Source: Pseudomonadota bacterium
GTDB lineage: Bacteria; Myxococcota; JACRCW01; JAFGSX01
Assembly: GCA_043821645.1 (NCBI GenBank)
Contig: JBDRCO010000044.1
Span: 1-64,000, forward strand
Reading direction: 5' to 3'
Length of the DNA stretch: 64,000 nucleotides
Made by a program: the position numbers and the translations under genes. Shown here piece by piece: positions 28,605-39,419 of the stretch (the stretch's first letter is position 1; every line of letters starts with the position of its first letter). The notes under the pieces were generated by a model. It had not been told where the DNA came from and did not search any database. It worked only from the letters and a program-made list of their open reading frames with translations.

Positions 28605-30037
28605 GCATGGGCGGGTCGGGTGTCCCGCGCGGCGCCTACGAGACCGCGAGTCCCCTCGACGGCTTGACCACGACGTGGAAACTTGTGCGCGGAGCCCTGC
28701 GACGCCACTGGGGCCTCGCCCTGTTCTGTTTCACCACCACCCTCGGTCTGGCGATCGTGGCGCTGGCGCTGGTGCCGCGGCAGTACCTGGTCGAGGCACG
28801 TCTGCTGACCAATCCCGGCTACCTGATCCCGAGCCTGGCGCACCCGCAGCGTTCGGTGCCGCGTGAGTCGCAGTCAGCCACGCGCGGCGTCACCGAGCAG
28901 ATCAAGGCACGGGACAGCCTGCTCGCGCTGGTCGACGCGAGCGAGCTGCCGCGACGCTGGCGCGAGACCCGGATCCCGGTGGGCCGGGTGCTGGACAACC
29001 TGCGCGAGTTCGTCGTCGGGCCCTTGAGTCCCGAGGACGAGCGCGAGGCCCTGGTCAACATGCTGGACCGGCGGATGTGGGCCACCATCGACAAGGACAG
29101 CATCGTGATCAGCGTGCGCTGGCACGATCCGGAAACGACCCGGCTGCTGGTCGAGACCGAGGTCCAGCAGTTCCTCGAAACGCGAAAGCAGCGCGAGCTC
29201 GGCGAGATCAACGACACCATCGCCCTCCTCGAGCGCAGCGTCGAGGATGCCGCCCCGAGTCTGGCTGCGGCGACCGCCGAGCTGGAGAGCGCCATTGCCA
29301 AGGCGGATCGCAGCGGGCGCCAGGTCCGCATCCCCGTGCGGCCGCGGGTTCGCAACGAGAATTCCGACGAGTCACAGCGCGATCGCACAGCGCTCGAGCA
29401 GGAGCTGGCCGGGAAACGCCGTGCCATCCAGACCCTCGAGGCGAGGTACCAGGCAGCCCTGCAGCGCGGGCAGGCCGATCTGCAGGTCATGCAGACGACG
29501 CTGGGGCCACAGCATCCAGATGTGGCAGAGGCCGTGCGCGGGGTCGAGCGCCTCTCCATCCCGCCCCAGGAGCTGACCGCCCTGCGCACCGACGAGGTCA
29601 ACCTCATCCAGCGTCTGAAGAGTCTGGATGGTTCATCTCGCCAACCTGCCCCGGAGCCCGAAACGCCTCCTCTCGAGACCGCGGCCCCGGTCAATGCGGC
29701 CACCGATCCCGCCATCGAGCGTGCCACGTATAACTACCGCCAGGCTGAGGACACGATGTCGGACCTCAGCCGCCGCGTTGCCAATGCGCGCATGGAGCTG
29801 GCCTCTGCCCAGGCGGCTTTCAGCTACCGCTACATCGTGACGCAGCCACCCATCTTGCCGCGACTCTCGGTCAGCCCCAGCCCGGTCAAGTTCATCGCCG
29901 GTGGAACCCTCGCCGGGCTGTTCTTGGCCTTGCTGTTCGCGTTGCTGGCGGAGTTCCGCGCGGGTCGCGTGGTGGAGGCCTGGCAGCTCGAGCGCGTGCT
30001 CGATGTGCGGGTGCTGGGGGAATTCGAGGAGCCGTGA
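28601..30037 (+). CDS. epsV: Polysaccharide co-polymerase without kinase domain (EpsV/Wzz-like)
   Basis: Two TMs flanking a coiled coil, GPQHPDV, RYIVTQPP. Confidence 0.85.
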   Translation: MSMGGSGVPRGAYETASPLDGLTTTWKLVRGALRRHWGLALFCFTTTLGLAIVALALVPRQYLVEARLLTNPGYLIPSLAHPQRSVPRESQSATRGVTEQIKARDSLLALVDASELPRRWRETRIPVGRVLDNLREFVVGPLSPEDEREALVNMLDRRMWATIDKDSIVISVRWHDPETTRLLVETEVQQFLETRKQRELGEINDTIALLERSVEDAAPSLAAATAELESAIAKADRSGRQVRIPVRPRVRNENSDESQRDRTALEQELAGKRRAIQTLEARYQAALQRGQADLQVMQTTLGPQHPDVAEAVRGVERLSIPPQELTALRTDEVNLIQRLKSLDGSSRQPAPEPETPPLETAAPVNAATDPAIERATYNYRQAEDTMSDLSRRVANARMELASAQAAFSYRYIVTQPPILPRLSVSPSPVKFIAGGTLAGLFLALLFALLAEFRAGRVVEAWQLERVLDVRVLGEFEEP

Positions 30038-31542
30038 TGGCGGCCGAGCCCACTCCGTGGAGCCTGCGTCTGCTTGCGGCCGGCACCATCCTCGCGTCGG
30101 TGGCCCTGCTCATCCTCAGCGACGGGAACCTCCTGGCCGCGCTGATGCCCTCGCTGGTGCTTGCGCTGGGCGTGACCTTGCTGCGACTGCCCTTTCCGAC
30201 CGTGGCCGCGGCCGCGGTGCTGGTGGCCCTGCTCGTCGACGACGTGCGGGCGCGACCGTACATGGGCCTGTGGGAGTCCCCGCTGTTTGCGCCGGGGCGC
30301 TTCGTGTACGACGCCCTTGACAAGATCACGGGTGTCCCCGGACTCAAGGTCTTTGGCGTCGAACTCATGTTCCTGGTGCTGCTGGCCCTGCTGCTGCTGA
30401 CCCTGCTGGGTTCGCGGCAGGCGCTCCCTGCGCCGCCCCGGGTCTTCGCGCGCGCGGCGCTGATCGCGGTGGCGGCGGTGCTGCTGCTCGAGCTGTGGGG
30501 GCTCGTGCGCGGAGGCAACCTGCGCTACTCGATGCTGCAGATGCGCCCCATGCTGCTCACCGGGCTGGGGAGCCTCATCCTGGGGTATGCCGCGCCGCAG
30601 GCCAGGAACGCACGCCTGCTGCTGGCCGTCGTCGTCATCGCGGCGGTCGTGCGCTCCCTGGTCGGGCTCTACTTCTGGAGCGTGGTGGTGGGTGGTGCCG
30701 ACCCCGAGGCACTGGAGATGGGAGGCGGGCGTTACCTGATGACCCACGCCGACACCGTGCTGCTGGTGGTGGCCCTGCTCATCTGCCTGAGCACGCTGGT
30801 GGCCTGGCCCACCCGCGCCGCCCTGCTGCTCAATGTCGCGGTGACGCCGCTGCTGAGCCTGGTGCTGGTGCTGAACAACCGGCGCCTGGCCTTCGTGAGC
30901 CTGGGCCTGAGCCTGCTGGTGATGTACGCGCTGCTCCAGGGCCCGCTGCGCCGTCGTGTGAACCAGCTGGCGCTGGCGCTGGTGCCCATCGCCGCGCTGT
31001 ATCTAGTGGCGGGCTGGAACGCCCAGGGACTGTGGGCCAAGCCTGTGATCAGCGTGCGCTCACTGCTCTCGGGCGAGGATGCCTCGGCCAGCATGCGAAC
31101 CATCGAGAACTACAACCTGGTGCACACCGCGCGCAAGAACCCTGTTCTCGGCTCGGGCTTCGGCCACGAGTATGACGAGGTGTCGCAGGCCTTCTCCATC
31201 GAGACCTATCTCGAGGCGTACCGCTACATGCCGCACAACAGCTTGCTGTGGCTGGTCAGCGTCGGCGGAGTGGTGGGCTTCAGCATGTTCTGGTGGCTGC
31301 TGGTGGTGGGAGTGTTTCTGGCTGCCCTGGTGCAGCGGCACGCTCGCACGGCGCTGGATCTGGTGGTCGCGCAGTCCGGCATTGCCGCCATCATCACCTA
31401 CGGCATCCAGTGTTTCGGGGACATGGGGATGCAGAGCTGGCTCAGCATCGTGGTGCTGATTACCTTGCTCGGTCTGGTGGCCAGCCGCGCCACAGCCCTC
31501 GAGGTGTGGCCCGAGCCGCACCCAGGGCGGAGAGGCGCATGA
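30034..31542 (+). CDS. wzy: Wzy polymerase / O-antigen ligase family
   Basis: Multi-TM, NNRR, R.IENYN, G.GFGH, PHNS. Confidence 0.8.
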   Translation: MMAAEPTPWSLRLLAAGTILASVALLILSDGNLLAALMPSLVLALGVTLLRLPFPTVAAAAVLVALLVDDVRARPYMGLWESPLFAPGRFVYDALDKITGVPGLKVFGVELMFLVLLALLLLTLLGSRQALPAPPRVFARAALIAVAAVLLLELWGLVRGGNLRYSMLQMRPMLLTGLGSLILGYAAPQARNARLLLAVVVIAAVVRSLVGLYFWSVVVGGADPEALEMGGGRYLMTHADTVLLVVALLICLSTLVAWPTRAALLLNVAVTPLLSLVLVLNNRRLAFVSLGLSLLVMYALLQGPLRRRVNQLALALVPIAALYLVAGWNAQGLWAKPVISVRSLLSGEDASASMRTIENYNLVHTARKNPVLGSGFGHEYDEVSQAFSIETYLEAYRYMPHNSLLWLVSVGGVVGFSMFWWLLVVGVFLAALVQRHARTALDLVVAQSGIAAIITYGIQCFGDMGMQSWLSIVVLITLLGLVASRATALEVWPEPHPGRRGA

Positions 31543-32747
31543 GCGTCCTGGTCCTGGCGTCGACAGCGCTGGCCCTGCTTGCCGTCCCGGCCTGCCTCTA
31601 CCTGGGCGCGCTCGCCATCCTGGCGCGCCGCATGCCGACGGTGGCACGCGCCGACGGTCCGTGCCTCGCGGTGGTGGTGCCCGCGCACGACGAGGAGGCC
31701 CAGATCGAGGCCACCGTGCGCAGCGTGCTGGCGACGGAGTATCCCCCGGCGCAGCGGCGGGTGCTGGTGGTCGCCGACAACTGCACCGATGCCACCGCGG
31801 CGCGGGCGCAGGCTGCCGGGGCAGAGATCCTGACGCGCGTCGACGCCCAGCATCGGGGCAAGGGCTTCGCCCTGGCGCTTGCCTTCGACCAGCTGCTCGA
31901 CGAGGGCTGGGCCGACGCCGTGGTGGTCATCGACGCGGACACGCTGGTGTCCAGCAACCTGCTCGGAGGTTTCGCGGCGCGGCTCCAGCGAGGCGCGCAG
32001 GCGATCCAGGCCGAGTATGGGGTGCGCAACGTCGACGAGAGCTGGCGCACCACCTTGATGACCCTGGCCCTGGCCATGTTTCACCGCACCCGCTCGCTGG
32101 CGCGGGAGCGCCTGGGTCTGTCCTGCGGCCTGCGCGGCAACGGCATGTGCTTCAGCAGCGCGCTGCTGCGTCAGGTTCCACATCGCGCCAGTGGCCTGGT
32201 CGAGGACGTGGAGTACGGCGTGACCCTGGGACTGGCCGATGTGCGCGTGGTCTACGCCGCCGACGTCGAGGTGCGTGGTGAGATGGCGGCGACCGGCGAC
32301 GCAGCACGCAGTCAGCGCCGTCGCTGGGAGGGTGGGCGCCTGGCCTTGCTGCGCCAGACCGTGCCGTCATTGCTGCGAGCGGCGTGGCAGCGGCGCAGTG
32401 CCGTGGCTCTCGACCTGGCGCTGGACCAGCTGGTGCCGCCCCTGGCCAGCCTCAGCCTGCTGGTGATCGGGGGCTGTGGCGTCGAGCTCGGGTTGTGGTT
32501 TGCGCAAGGTCAGCTCTCCTGGGCCGCGGGGCCCTGGGCTCTGGCGGTGCTCGGGCTGGCTCTGTACGGCCTGCGGGGAGTGCAGCACAGCGGGCTTGGC
32601 TGGCGCGCGCTGCAGGCCCTGCTGTATGCGCCCGTGTACATCGCCTGGAAGCTGGGGGTGGTGCGCGTGCTGTCGTCGCGCCGCAGCGAGGCCTGGGTGC
32701 GCACACGTCGGAGTGGCGAGGACGCGAAGCCTCCGCCACCCACCTGA
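31539..32747 (+). CDS. epsU: GT2 glycosyltransferase (EpsU-like)
   Basis: PAHDE, ADNCTD, DAD, GNGM, VED, QRRRW. Confidence 0.88.
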   Translation: MSVLVLASTALALLAVPACLYLGALAILARRMPTVARADGPCLAVVVPAHDEEAQIEATVRSVLATEYPPAQRRVLVVADNCTDATAARAQAAGAEILTRVDAQHRGKGFALALAFDQLLDEGWADAVVVIDADTLVSSNLLGGFAARLQRGAQAIQAEYGVRNVDESWRTTLMTLALAMFHRTRSLARERLGLSCGLRGNGMCFSSALLRQVPHRASGLVEDVEYGVTLGLADVRVVYAADVEVRGEMAATGDAARSQRRRWEGGRLALLRQTVPSLLRAAWQRRSAVALDLALDQLVPPLASLSLLVIGGCGVELGLWFAQGQLSWAAGPWALAVLGLALYGLRGVQHSGLGWRALQALLYAPVYIAWKLGVVRVLSSRRSEAWVRTRRSGEDAKPPPPT

Positions 32748-32765
32748 GCCCCGCCGTGGGCAGGT

Positions 32766-33998
32766 TCAGGTCGTGGACCGCCGCAGCGAGCGCACCAGGG
32801 CGCGGGGGTGACGCAGCATCTTGACCGTGAACACCAGACTCGGCACCGGATCCCGGAGATCGTTGACGATGTCGACGTGGGGCGTGCCGACCTCGTGCAG
32901 ATAACGCGTGAGCTGCGCCAGGCGGTCCGGGGCGTGCCACAGCTGCAGGCCCTGGTCGATGTGATAGGGCAGGGCGTGGCGCCAGCTCACCCCAGCGCGC
33001 GGTGCCGTGGCCGCTTCGATCGCCAGGCCACAGCTCTGGCGGTACCACAGCAGTGGCAGGTCGTGGCCGCGGCGCAGGTTGAGCGAGATCTGGCCGAAGG
33101 CCCGGGGGTTGAGGTCCACGGCCAGAGCCCGGCCGCCGCTGTCCAGGATCAGTTCCAGCTCGAACAGACCTCGGCCGAGCATGCGCCGGGCCAGGCGCGT
33201 GCCCTGGGCCAGCAAGTCCGGATCGTCGAGACTGTGGAACACCGTGCCCACGCCGAGGGTCGGTGGCCACTGCGACGTCTTCTGGCACAGCGACGTGGCG
33301 AGCGCCGCGTCGTCCCCACCCAGCACTCCGCTGATCGAGAACAGGTGCGCCAGAGCACCGGGCACGTAGGCTTGCAGCACGGGCCAGCGCTGCTCGGGGT
33401 GGCGTTCCACCAGGTCCCTTTGGCCTGGTGCCACCGGGAAGGGAGCAAAGGCGGCGCGCAGCTCGGTGGGACCGGCCACGACCGTACCGCGAGCCAGGGG
33501 CACCACCACGTGCGAGCGCGGCTTGACGATCAGTGGGTAGGGATAGTCCCCGGCACCGTCGAGGGCGTCGTCCGTCGACACCGGCGCCTTTTGCCACGGC
33601 ACGAGCTGGCCCACAGCGAGGCATGCGCGGTGAAAGCGATCCTTGAACAGCGCGTCGAGGATCGCGTCGTGCTCCGGCAGGGCGTGCAGCGCGCTCGCCG
33701 GGAGGTGCTCGCGCACCGTCGAGATGTAGTAGGTCATCAGGTCGGTGGTGGGCACGATCAGCTCGATGTCACCGCTTCGCAGCGCGTCGTCGAGCCAGGG
33801 CACGAAACGACTGGCGTCTCCCAGTGGCGGACACAGGCGCTCGCGCCTGGCGTGCCGGGACAGACCCGCCACGCTCCCGCGGTGGGGCGTGAACACTTCG
33901 ACCTCGACGCCCGCGCGGCCCAGGGATCGCGTGACCGCGAGGGCTGGTGGGGCGTCCGCGTCGAACACCGCGACGCGAAGGGGAGTGTCCGTGCTCAT
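32766..33998 (-). CDS. ATP-grasp carboxylate-amine ligase
   Basis: LAVTRSLGRAG, YPLIVKP, LQAYVPG, FELE, DLNPR. Confidence 0.8.
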   Translation of the reverse strand: MSTDTPLRVAVFDADAPPALAVTRSLGRAGVEVEVFTPHRGSVAGLSRHARRERLCPPLGDASRFVPWLDDALRSGDIELIVPTTDLMTYYISTVREHLPASALHALPEHDAILDALFKDRFHRACLAVGQLVPWQKAPVSTDDALDGAGDYPYPLIVKPRSHVVVPLARGTVVAGPTELRAAFAPFPVAPGQRDLVERHPEQRWPVLQAYVPGALAHLFSISGVLGGDDAALATSLCQKTSQWPPTLGVGTVFHSLDDPDLLAQGTRLARRMLGRGLFELELILDSGGRALAVDLNPRAFGQISLNLRRGHDLPLLWYRQSCGLAIEAATAPRAGVSWRHALPYHIDQGLQLWHAPDRLAQLTRYLHEVGTPHVDIVNDLRDPVPSLVFTVKMLRHPRALVRSLRRSTT

Positions 33999-34260
33999 GC
34001 CTGTATCTCCTGAACCAGGTCACCTGGCCGGATCCACAGCCCGCCGCACACCGGCTCGAGGCTACCTTCTTCCCATCCGGGGCCCTGGTCGTCGACGTCG
34101 GACAGAACCCTTCATCGGCAACTCACGGCGTGCATATACGCACTTCACTGAAAGCTTTCACGCTCCCTGTGCGTGCGCCACCGTTGCCTGACGGCAACAG
34201 GCTCATATTATGGGGGGCCGGGCGTGCTGACGAGCTAGTGTGTCCCGGGAAGGAAACGAG

Positions 34261-36534
34261 ATGCGCAGCGCGGAGACCGCGACCCCCCCCATGCAGTTCG
34301 CGATCCCGCGGCTCCTCGCCGTCGGGGTGGCGGCTGTAGCGACGGCGCTGCTGATCGTCCTTGCGGTGTCCCTGGGGCCGGGTCGCCTCGAACCTGTCGC
34401 GGTGGCCGGTGCAGATCGACCGCCCGCTCCGGCGTCGGCCGAGGCCACCTGGCGCGAGCTGTCTGTGCTGTATCGCGGCGGTCTGCAGGGCGACTGGGAG
34501 GACTGGGGCTGGGCCCCGCGCGAGCTCAACAAAGGGCAGCCCGCCCGCGTCAACTTCTCCGGCTGGGGAGGGTGGATTCTCGGTACCCGTCGGGCCGCAC
34601 CACGCTTCGCGGCACTGCAGTTCAAGATCCAGGCGCCCGACACCGAGTTCCTCGAGGTTCGCCTGCGCAACAAGAGCGGCGTCGAGCTGCCGGCCGTTCC
34701 GCTGACCGCCGCACATCGCCGCAGCAGCGCAGGTGGCTGGGAGTTCTTTCGGGTCCTTGCCAGCGAGCTCGATCCCCAGGACGTCGGCTACGACCAGGTG
34801 GTGTTGCGCGCCCACCGTCGCGTCGGCGCGGACTGGGTGCTGCTCGACGAGATCGTTCTACTCGGACCACCGGTCGTGGTCTCGCCCGCGGTCGGGGTGG
34901 TGCAGGGCGACGGCGGCCCGCGGACCGAGCCGCGGCTGACACCTGTGCGTCGCGTCCCGGGGCGCGTCGATTGCAGCGCCGAGGGTCACCTGATCCCGCC
35001 CGCCATCTACGGCATCGCCTTTCATCCGCGCAAGGCCTTGTCGGATGACTCGGTGTGGGAGCTGCGGGCCGGCGCACGACGCTGGGGCGGCAACCCGGCC
35101 TCGCGCTACAACTGGCGCCTGGGCAACGCCTGGAACTCGGCGTCGGACTGGTACTTCAGAAACCTCAACTACACCTCGGACCCGGGCTTCAGCTGGAAGG
35201 TCTTCCTGGACCAGAACCGGGAACACGGCATGGTCACTGCGCTGACGATGCCAACCCTGGGCTGGGTGGCCAAGGACACCAGCTCCTACAGCTTCCCGGT
35301 CTCGGTCTTCGGCGCCCAGGCCAGCACCGACCCCGAGCTGCCCGACGTGGGCAATGGCCGAGCCAAGGACAACAGCCTCCTCAAGCCCGGCAAGGCCACG
35401 CGCACCAGCGTCCCCTTTCAACCCGAGGACGCGGCCGAGTGGGCGCGCGCCATCCAGGCGCATGCCGGACCCACCGGCGCCCGTGCTGTCCACTTCTACC
35501 TTCTCGACAATGAGCCCATGCTCTGGCACAGCACACACCGCGACGTGCGCCAGGAGCCCCTTGGCTACGACGAGCTTCTCAGCAAGACACTTGGCTACGC
35601 CCAGGCCCTGCGCAGCATCGATCCCGACGCGTACATCGCGGGTCCCGGCGTCTGGGGCTGGCCCGCCTACTTCTTCTCGGCCAGGGATGCCGAGGCCGGC
35701 TTCCGGCTCAAGCCGGACCGTCGGGCACACGGGGACGTGCCCTTGCTCGAGTGGTACCTGGCCCAGCTCGCCGCGCAGGAGCAGAAAACCGGCCAGCGCG
35801 TGATCGATGCCCTCGACGTCCACTTCTATCCACAGGGTGACGGCGTGTACTCCGGAGGCAAGGGCGAGACGGACTCCGCGACCGCTGCGTTGCGCATCCG
35901 CTCGACGCGCGCGTTGTGGGACCCGACCTACAAGGACGAATCGTGGATCGCCGAGCGCATCGAGTTGCTGCCCCGCTTGCGGCGCATGATCCGCGATAAC
36001 TACCCCGGGCTCGGCATCGTCATCGGCGAATACGCCTTTGGCGGCGAGGGGCACATCAGCGGTGCGCTGGCGCTGGCCGAGGCCCTGGGGCGCTTCGGCG
36101 CCTTCGAGGGCCTGAGTGCGGCCTTCTACTGGACCTATCCGGCACCGAGCAGCCCGGCGGGCCAGGCTTTCAAGGCCTTTCGTAATTACGATGGTCGTGG
36201 CGCGGCGTTTCCCCGCCGCTCGCTCCCTGCCAGTGCCCGCGACGCGCTTTCTCTGTTCACCGCCCGCGACGATTCGGGCCATGTGGTCGCCGTGGTGCTC
36301 AACCTCTCCCTTTCCGAGACCCTGGCTCTCGACGTGACCGCGGCGGGCTGTGATCGCCTGGTGGTGGACCGACAGTTCCGTTACCGCGCCGGCCTGCCAG
36401 GACTGATAGAGGTCCGGGACGAGCAGCTGGCGATCGACTCGGAGAGCTGGACGATGGTGCTGCCTGCGGCATCGATCAGCGTGATCGAGCTTCACGTGGC
36501 CGAGCCTCCTCCGCCGCCACCTCCTGTCCCCTGA
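34261..36534 (+). CDS. epsB: GH44 glycoside hydrolase (EpsB-like), membrane anchored
   Basis: RWGGN.ASRYNW, LDNEPMLWHSTHRDV, DVHFYPQ, STRALWD..Y.DESW, GEY. Confidence 0.88.
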   Translation: MRSAETATPPMQFAIPRLLAVGVAAVATALLIVLAVSLGPGRLEPVAVAGADRPPAPASAEATWRELSVLYRGGLQGDWEDWGWAPRELNKGQPARVNFSGWGGWILGTRRAAPRFAALQFKIQAPDTEFLEVRLRNKSGVELPAVPLTAAHRRSSAGGWEFFRVLASELDPQDVGYDQVVLRAHRRVGADWVLLDEIVLLGPPVVVSPAVGVVQGDGGPRTEPRLTPVRRVPGRVDCSAEGHLIPPAIYGIAFHPRKALSDDSVWELRAGARRWGGNPASRYNWRLGNAWNSASDWYFRNLNYTSDPGFSWKVFLDQNREHGMVTALTMPTLGWVAKDTSSYSFPVSVFGAQASTDPELPDVGNGRAKDNSLLKPGKATRTSVPFQPEDAAEWARAIQAHAGPTGARAVHFYLLDNEPMLWHSTHRDVRQEPLGYDELLSKTLGYAQALRSIDPDAYIAGPGVWGWPAYFFSARDAEAGFRLKPDRRAHGDVPLLEWYLAQLAAQEQKTGQRVIDALDVHFYPQGDGVYSGGKGETDSATAALRIRSTRALWDPTYKDESWIAERIELLPRLRRMIRDNYPGLGIVIGEYAFGGEGHISGALALAEALGRFGAFEGLSAAFYWTYPAPSSPAGQAFKAFRNYDGRGAAFPRRSLPASARDALSLFTARDDSGHVVAVVLNLSLSETLALDVTAAGCDRLVVDRQFRYRAGLPGLIEVRDEQLAIDSESWTMVLPAASISVIELHVAEPPPPPPPVP

Positions 36535-36653
36535 GCGCCCATGCCAGCAGCCTGCAGCCGCCGGTTTTGTCGACGGTGGCCAAAGCGTATTCCGGGCGTT
36601 ATGACGAACAGGCTCAGCCCCGGCCAGGCGGGGAGGTGGGCCGGGAGGGACCG

Positions 36654-37960
36654 TGCCGAGTGACAGGACCTGCGGAAGGCCGGTGCGCACGGCTGGGCTG
36701 CTCCTGGCCTGCTGCGGCGCGCTCATCGCGTGCGGTGACAGGGCGCGAATCTGCGTCAACGCGACCTGCGCGTCTCCTTTCCGGGATGCTGCGACCGGGC
36801 CTGAAGATGCTGGACCGGCCGATGTTCTCGCCCGGGACAGCAACGCCAGCGTGGATTCCTCCGCCGTCGATCGCCCACCACCGCGGGACAGTGCGACGGC
36901 GCGAGACAGCGCCGCTCGCCCGGACCGCCAGGCGAGCCCGGACAGCCAGGCGAGCACCGATCGCGCGAGCGTTGCGGATGCCGCGATCGCGGATGCAGGT
37001 CCGCCGCCGACCGCGGGCTGGTTGCATACCGCGGGCAGGCAGTTCCTGCACGCCGACGGTGGCACCTGGGTCGGGCGCGGCGCCAACATCCACGACACGC
37101 GCTCGTGCAATGCCTGCGCCTGGTCCGCACCCGACGTCGACGAGGTGAAGCGGCGCATCGACGTGCTGGTGGACGACTGGAAGGCCACCTTCATGCGCCT
37201 GGATCTCGAGAGCTACGCCACTGCCAGCGGTCGGACGCACTGGCAGAGCGTGCTCGACGACCCTGGCTACCTGCAGGACATCGAGGCCATCGTCGCGCAC
37301 ATCGGGAGCAAACCCGGCGTGTACGTCCTGCTCTCGCTGTGGGTCAGCGAGTTCTTTGACCCCCTGGGCTGGCCCAGCGCTCATTCCCGGCAGGAGTGGC
37401 AGGTGCTCGCCGACGCCTTCGTCGGGGTTCCGCACGTCATGTTTGGTCTGGTCAACGAGCCCGAGTCCAACTTCAGCGGCACCCAGGACGCCGAGGTGTG
37501 GGATGCCATGAATCAGACCGTGGCGGTCATTCGCGCCGTCGAGGACGCCGCGTCGAGCCCGCACCACATCGTCGCGGTGCAGGGCACCGGTGCCTGGGCG
37601 CGCAACCTGGGCTACTACGTCACCCATCCCATCACCGCGGGTGGCGGTGACAACATCGCCTACGAGATCCACGTCTACAATCCCGAGGCGGACTTCGACA
37701 ACATGCTGGTGACGCCGGCACAGACCCTGCCCGTGATCGTCGGCGAGTACGGTCCGGTGGCGGGCACCATGACCGAGGCCGACTGCCAGGCCCTGATGGC
37801 GCTGGTCGACCTGCAGGGGATCCCTAACCTGGCGTGGACCTTTCACATGCGCTGCCCACCCAACCTGATCGTCGACAACTCGGGTGGCGGCTGTGGTGTG
37901 GACATGAACCTGCAGCCCACGGCCTGGGGCTCCCTGCTGATGCAGCACCTGGCTCCCTGA
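36654..37960 (+). CDS. GH5-like cellulase-family lipoprotein
   Basis: LIAC lipobox, D-rich linker, RGAN, NEP, H.Y, GEYG, AW motifs. Confidence 0.8.
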
Positions 37961-38008
37961 GCCGGCCCCGCAGAGGGACCACAAGACATCCATCGGGCCC
38001 GTACGCCA

Positions 38009-39361
38009 TCAGCGGGTGCAGGTGCAGATGAGGTCGGGCTGCGTTGAGTTGCACGGGTAAGTCGTGGGCAGGGCCGGGCAGCTATCGGTCGTATCGTTGG
38101 CCGCGCCCAGGCAGGCACCACCTGCGGCCTGACAGATCGTGTCGCAGCTGGCCGGGACAGCCACCCTGTTGTCGGCGTAGAACTCGCAGGCCAGCTCGGA
38201 CTCGCTGCACAGGACAAAGCCGGTGACCGCGCCGTAGCGCGCGCTGCAGCTCGGGCCCGCAGCGTCGGGGAAGCCGCCGTCAAAGACCTCGGTCGTGCAG
38301 CGGCAGAGGCCATCGGCGAGCGCATCCGCACAGGTCTTCGGATCGGGCTTGGCCTCGCAGGTGATGTTGCCGACGGGATCCTGGTTGTCCCTGGTCCCGA
38401 GGCAGCTCCCACCATTTTGCGTGCACAGGGTCTGGCAGCTCAGCCCCGCCGTGGCAACGTAGAACTCACACCAGCCGGTGCCTCCGGTGCAGTACAGGAA
38501 GTTCGTGGTGGTGCCGTAGCGCGCTGCACAGGCGAGCTGGTACGCGATGGGTGGACCGGCGTCGCCTGCAGCCGCATCCGCCCCGCTCGCCTGGTCGGGG
38601 GCCGAGGTCGTGTCTGCCAGCGCGGCCTGGTCGGGTTTGCTGGCACTGTCGGACGCGCTCCCGGTGTCCAGGCCGACATCGAGAGGCCTGTGGTCCGCGG
38701 TGGTGACGTCGGCAAGCACAGCGTCCGGCAACCAGGCATCCGCGATCGGGGCGCTGTCCACGCGCACCAGTTCTGCCACCGTGGCGTCGCGCAGGACAGC
38801 ATCGGACCTCGCAGCGTCTCTGGAGGCGGCGTCTGTTCCGGACGCGCTGTCGACGATGACCGCATCGATCCTGATGCTGTCGACGATGGCGAGGTCAGGA
38901 GGTGCCTGGTCCCGGGCAGACAGGTCCGCCGCGGTGAGGTCCGGGGCCGTTCGATCCGGGTTGAAGGCGTCCACGCGACTGCCATCCCGGGACGCGCTGT
39001 CGTACCCGGCCGCATCCAGGAGCCCGCGATCACTGCTCGCTGTGGCGTCGGGGCGCGGCGCCGCGGGCATGCAGGCGCCCTCGCTGCAGGTCTGGCCGGG
39101 ATCACAGTCGCTGTTGTGGTTGCAGACCCGGCGGCACAGGGTGTCGCGGCAGAGCTGGTCGGTCGGGCACTCGGTCGTGCTCGCGCAGGGCAGGGCGGCG
39201 GAGGGATCACACTGGCAGGCGTGACCCAGCAGGCTCAGCATCAGCAGCAGCGCGCCGCGGCGCCTGCGAACCCGTGAGGGGCGGGACGCGTATGCGACGG
39301 GCGCGGCCAGGGCTGTCACTGCCCCGCCCGAAAACCGAACTGGTGCCGACGCTGGTCTCAT
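38009..39361 (-). CDS. Exported (lipo)protein: Cys-rich repeats, Asp-periodic linker, duplicated Cys-rich C-terminal domain
   Basis: LLGHAC; CxxxxxC repeats; two similar C..RYG...C...CEFY...C..C domains. Confidence 0.7.
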   Translation of the reverse strand: MRPASAPVRFSGGAVTALAAPVAYASRPSRVRRRRGALLLMLSLLGHACQCDPSAALPCASTTECPTDQLCRDTLCRRVCNHNSDCDPGQTCSEGACMPAAPRPDATASSDRGLLDAAGYDSASRDGSRVDAFNPDRTAPDLTAADLSARDQAPPDLAIVDSIRIDAVIVDSASGTDAASRDAARSDAVLRDATVAELVRVDSAPIADAWLPDAVLADVTTADHRPLDVGLDTGSASDSASKPDQAALADTTSAPDQASGADAAAGDAGPPIAYQLACAARYGTTTNFLYCTGGTGWCEFYVATAGLSCQTLCTQNGGSCLGTRDNQDPVGNITCEAKPDPKTCADALADGLCRCTTEVFDGGFPDAAGPSCSARYGAVTGFVLCSESELACEFYADNRVAVPASCDTICQAAGGACLGAANDTTDSCPALPTTYPCNSTQPDLICTCTR

Positions 39362-39419
39362 CTATCGGATCAGGATACCGCGTTTCGGCCTTGCTGCGCC
39401 TGGTCTGTGTTGCCCGCGC

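Noticed and set aside
34858-37194. 778-aa antisense ORF, and similar ones (e.g. 53412-55406, 62420-63997, 10460-11869)
   Set aside because: Antisense shadows of well-supported genes in high-GC DNA, with no motifs
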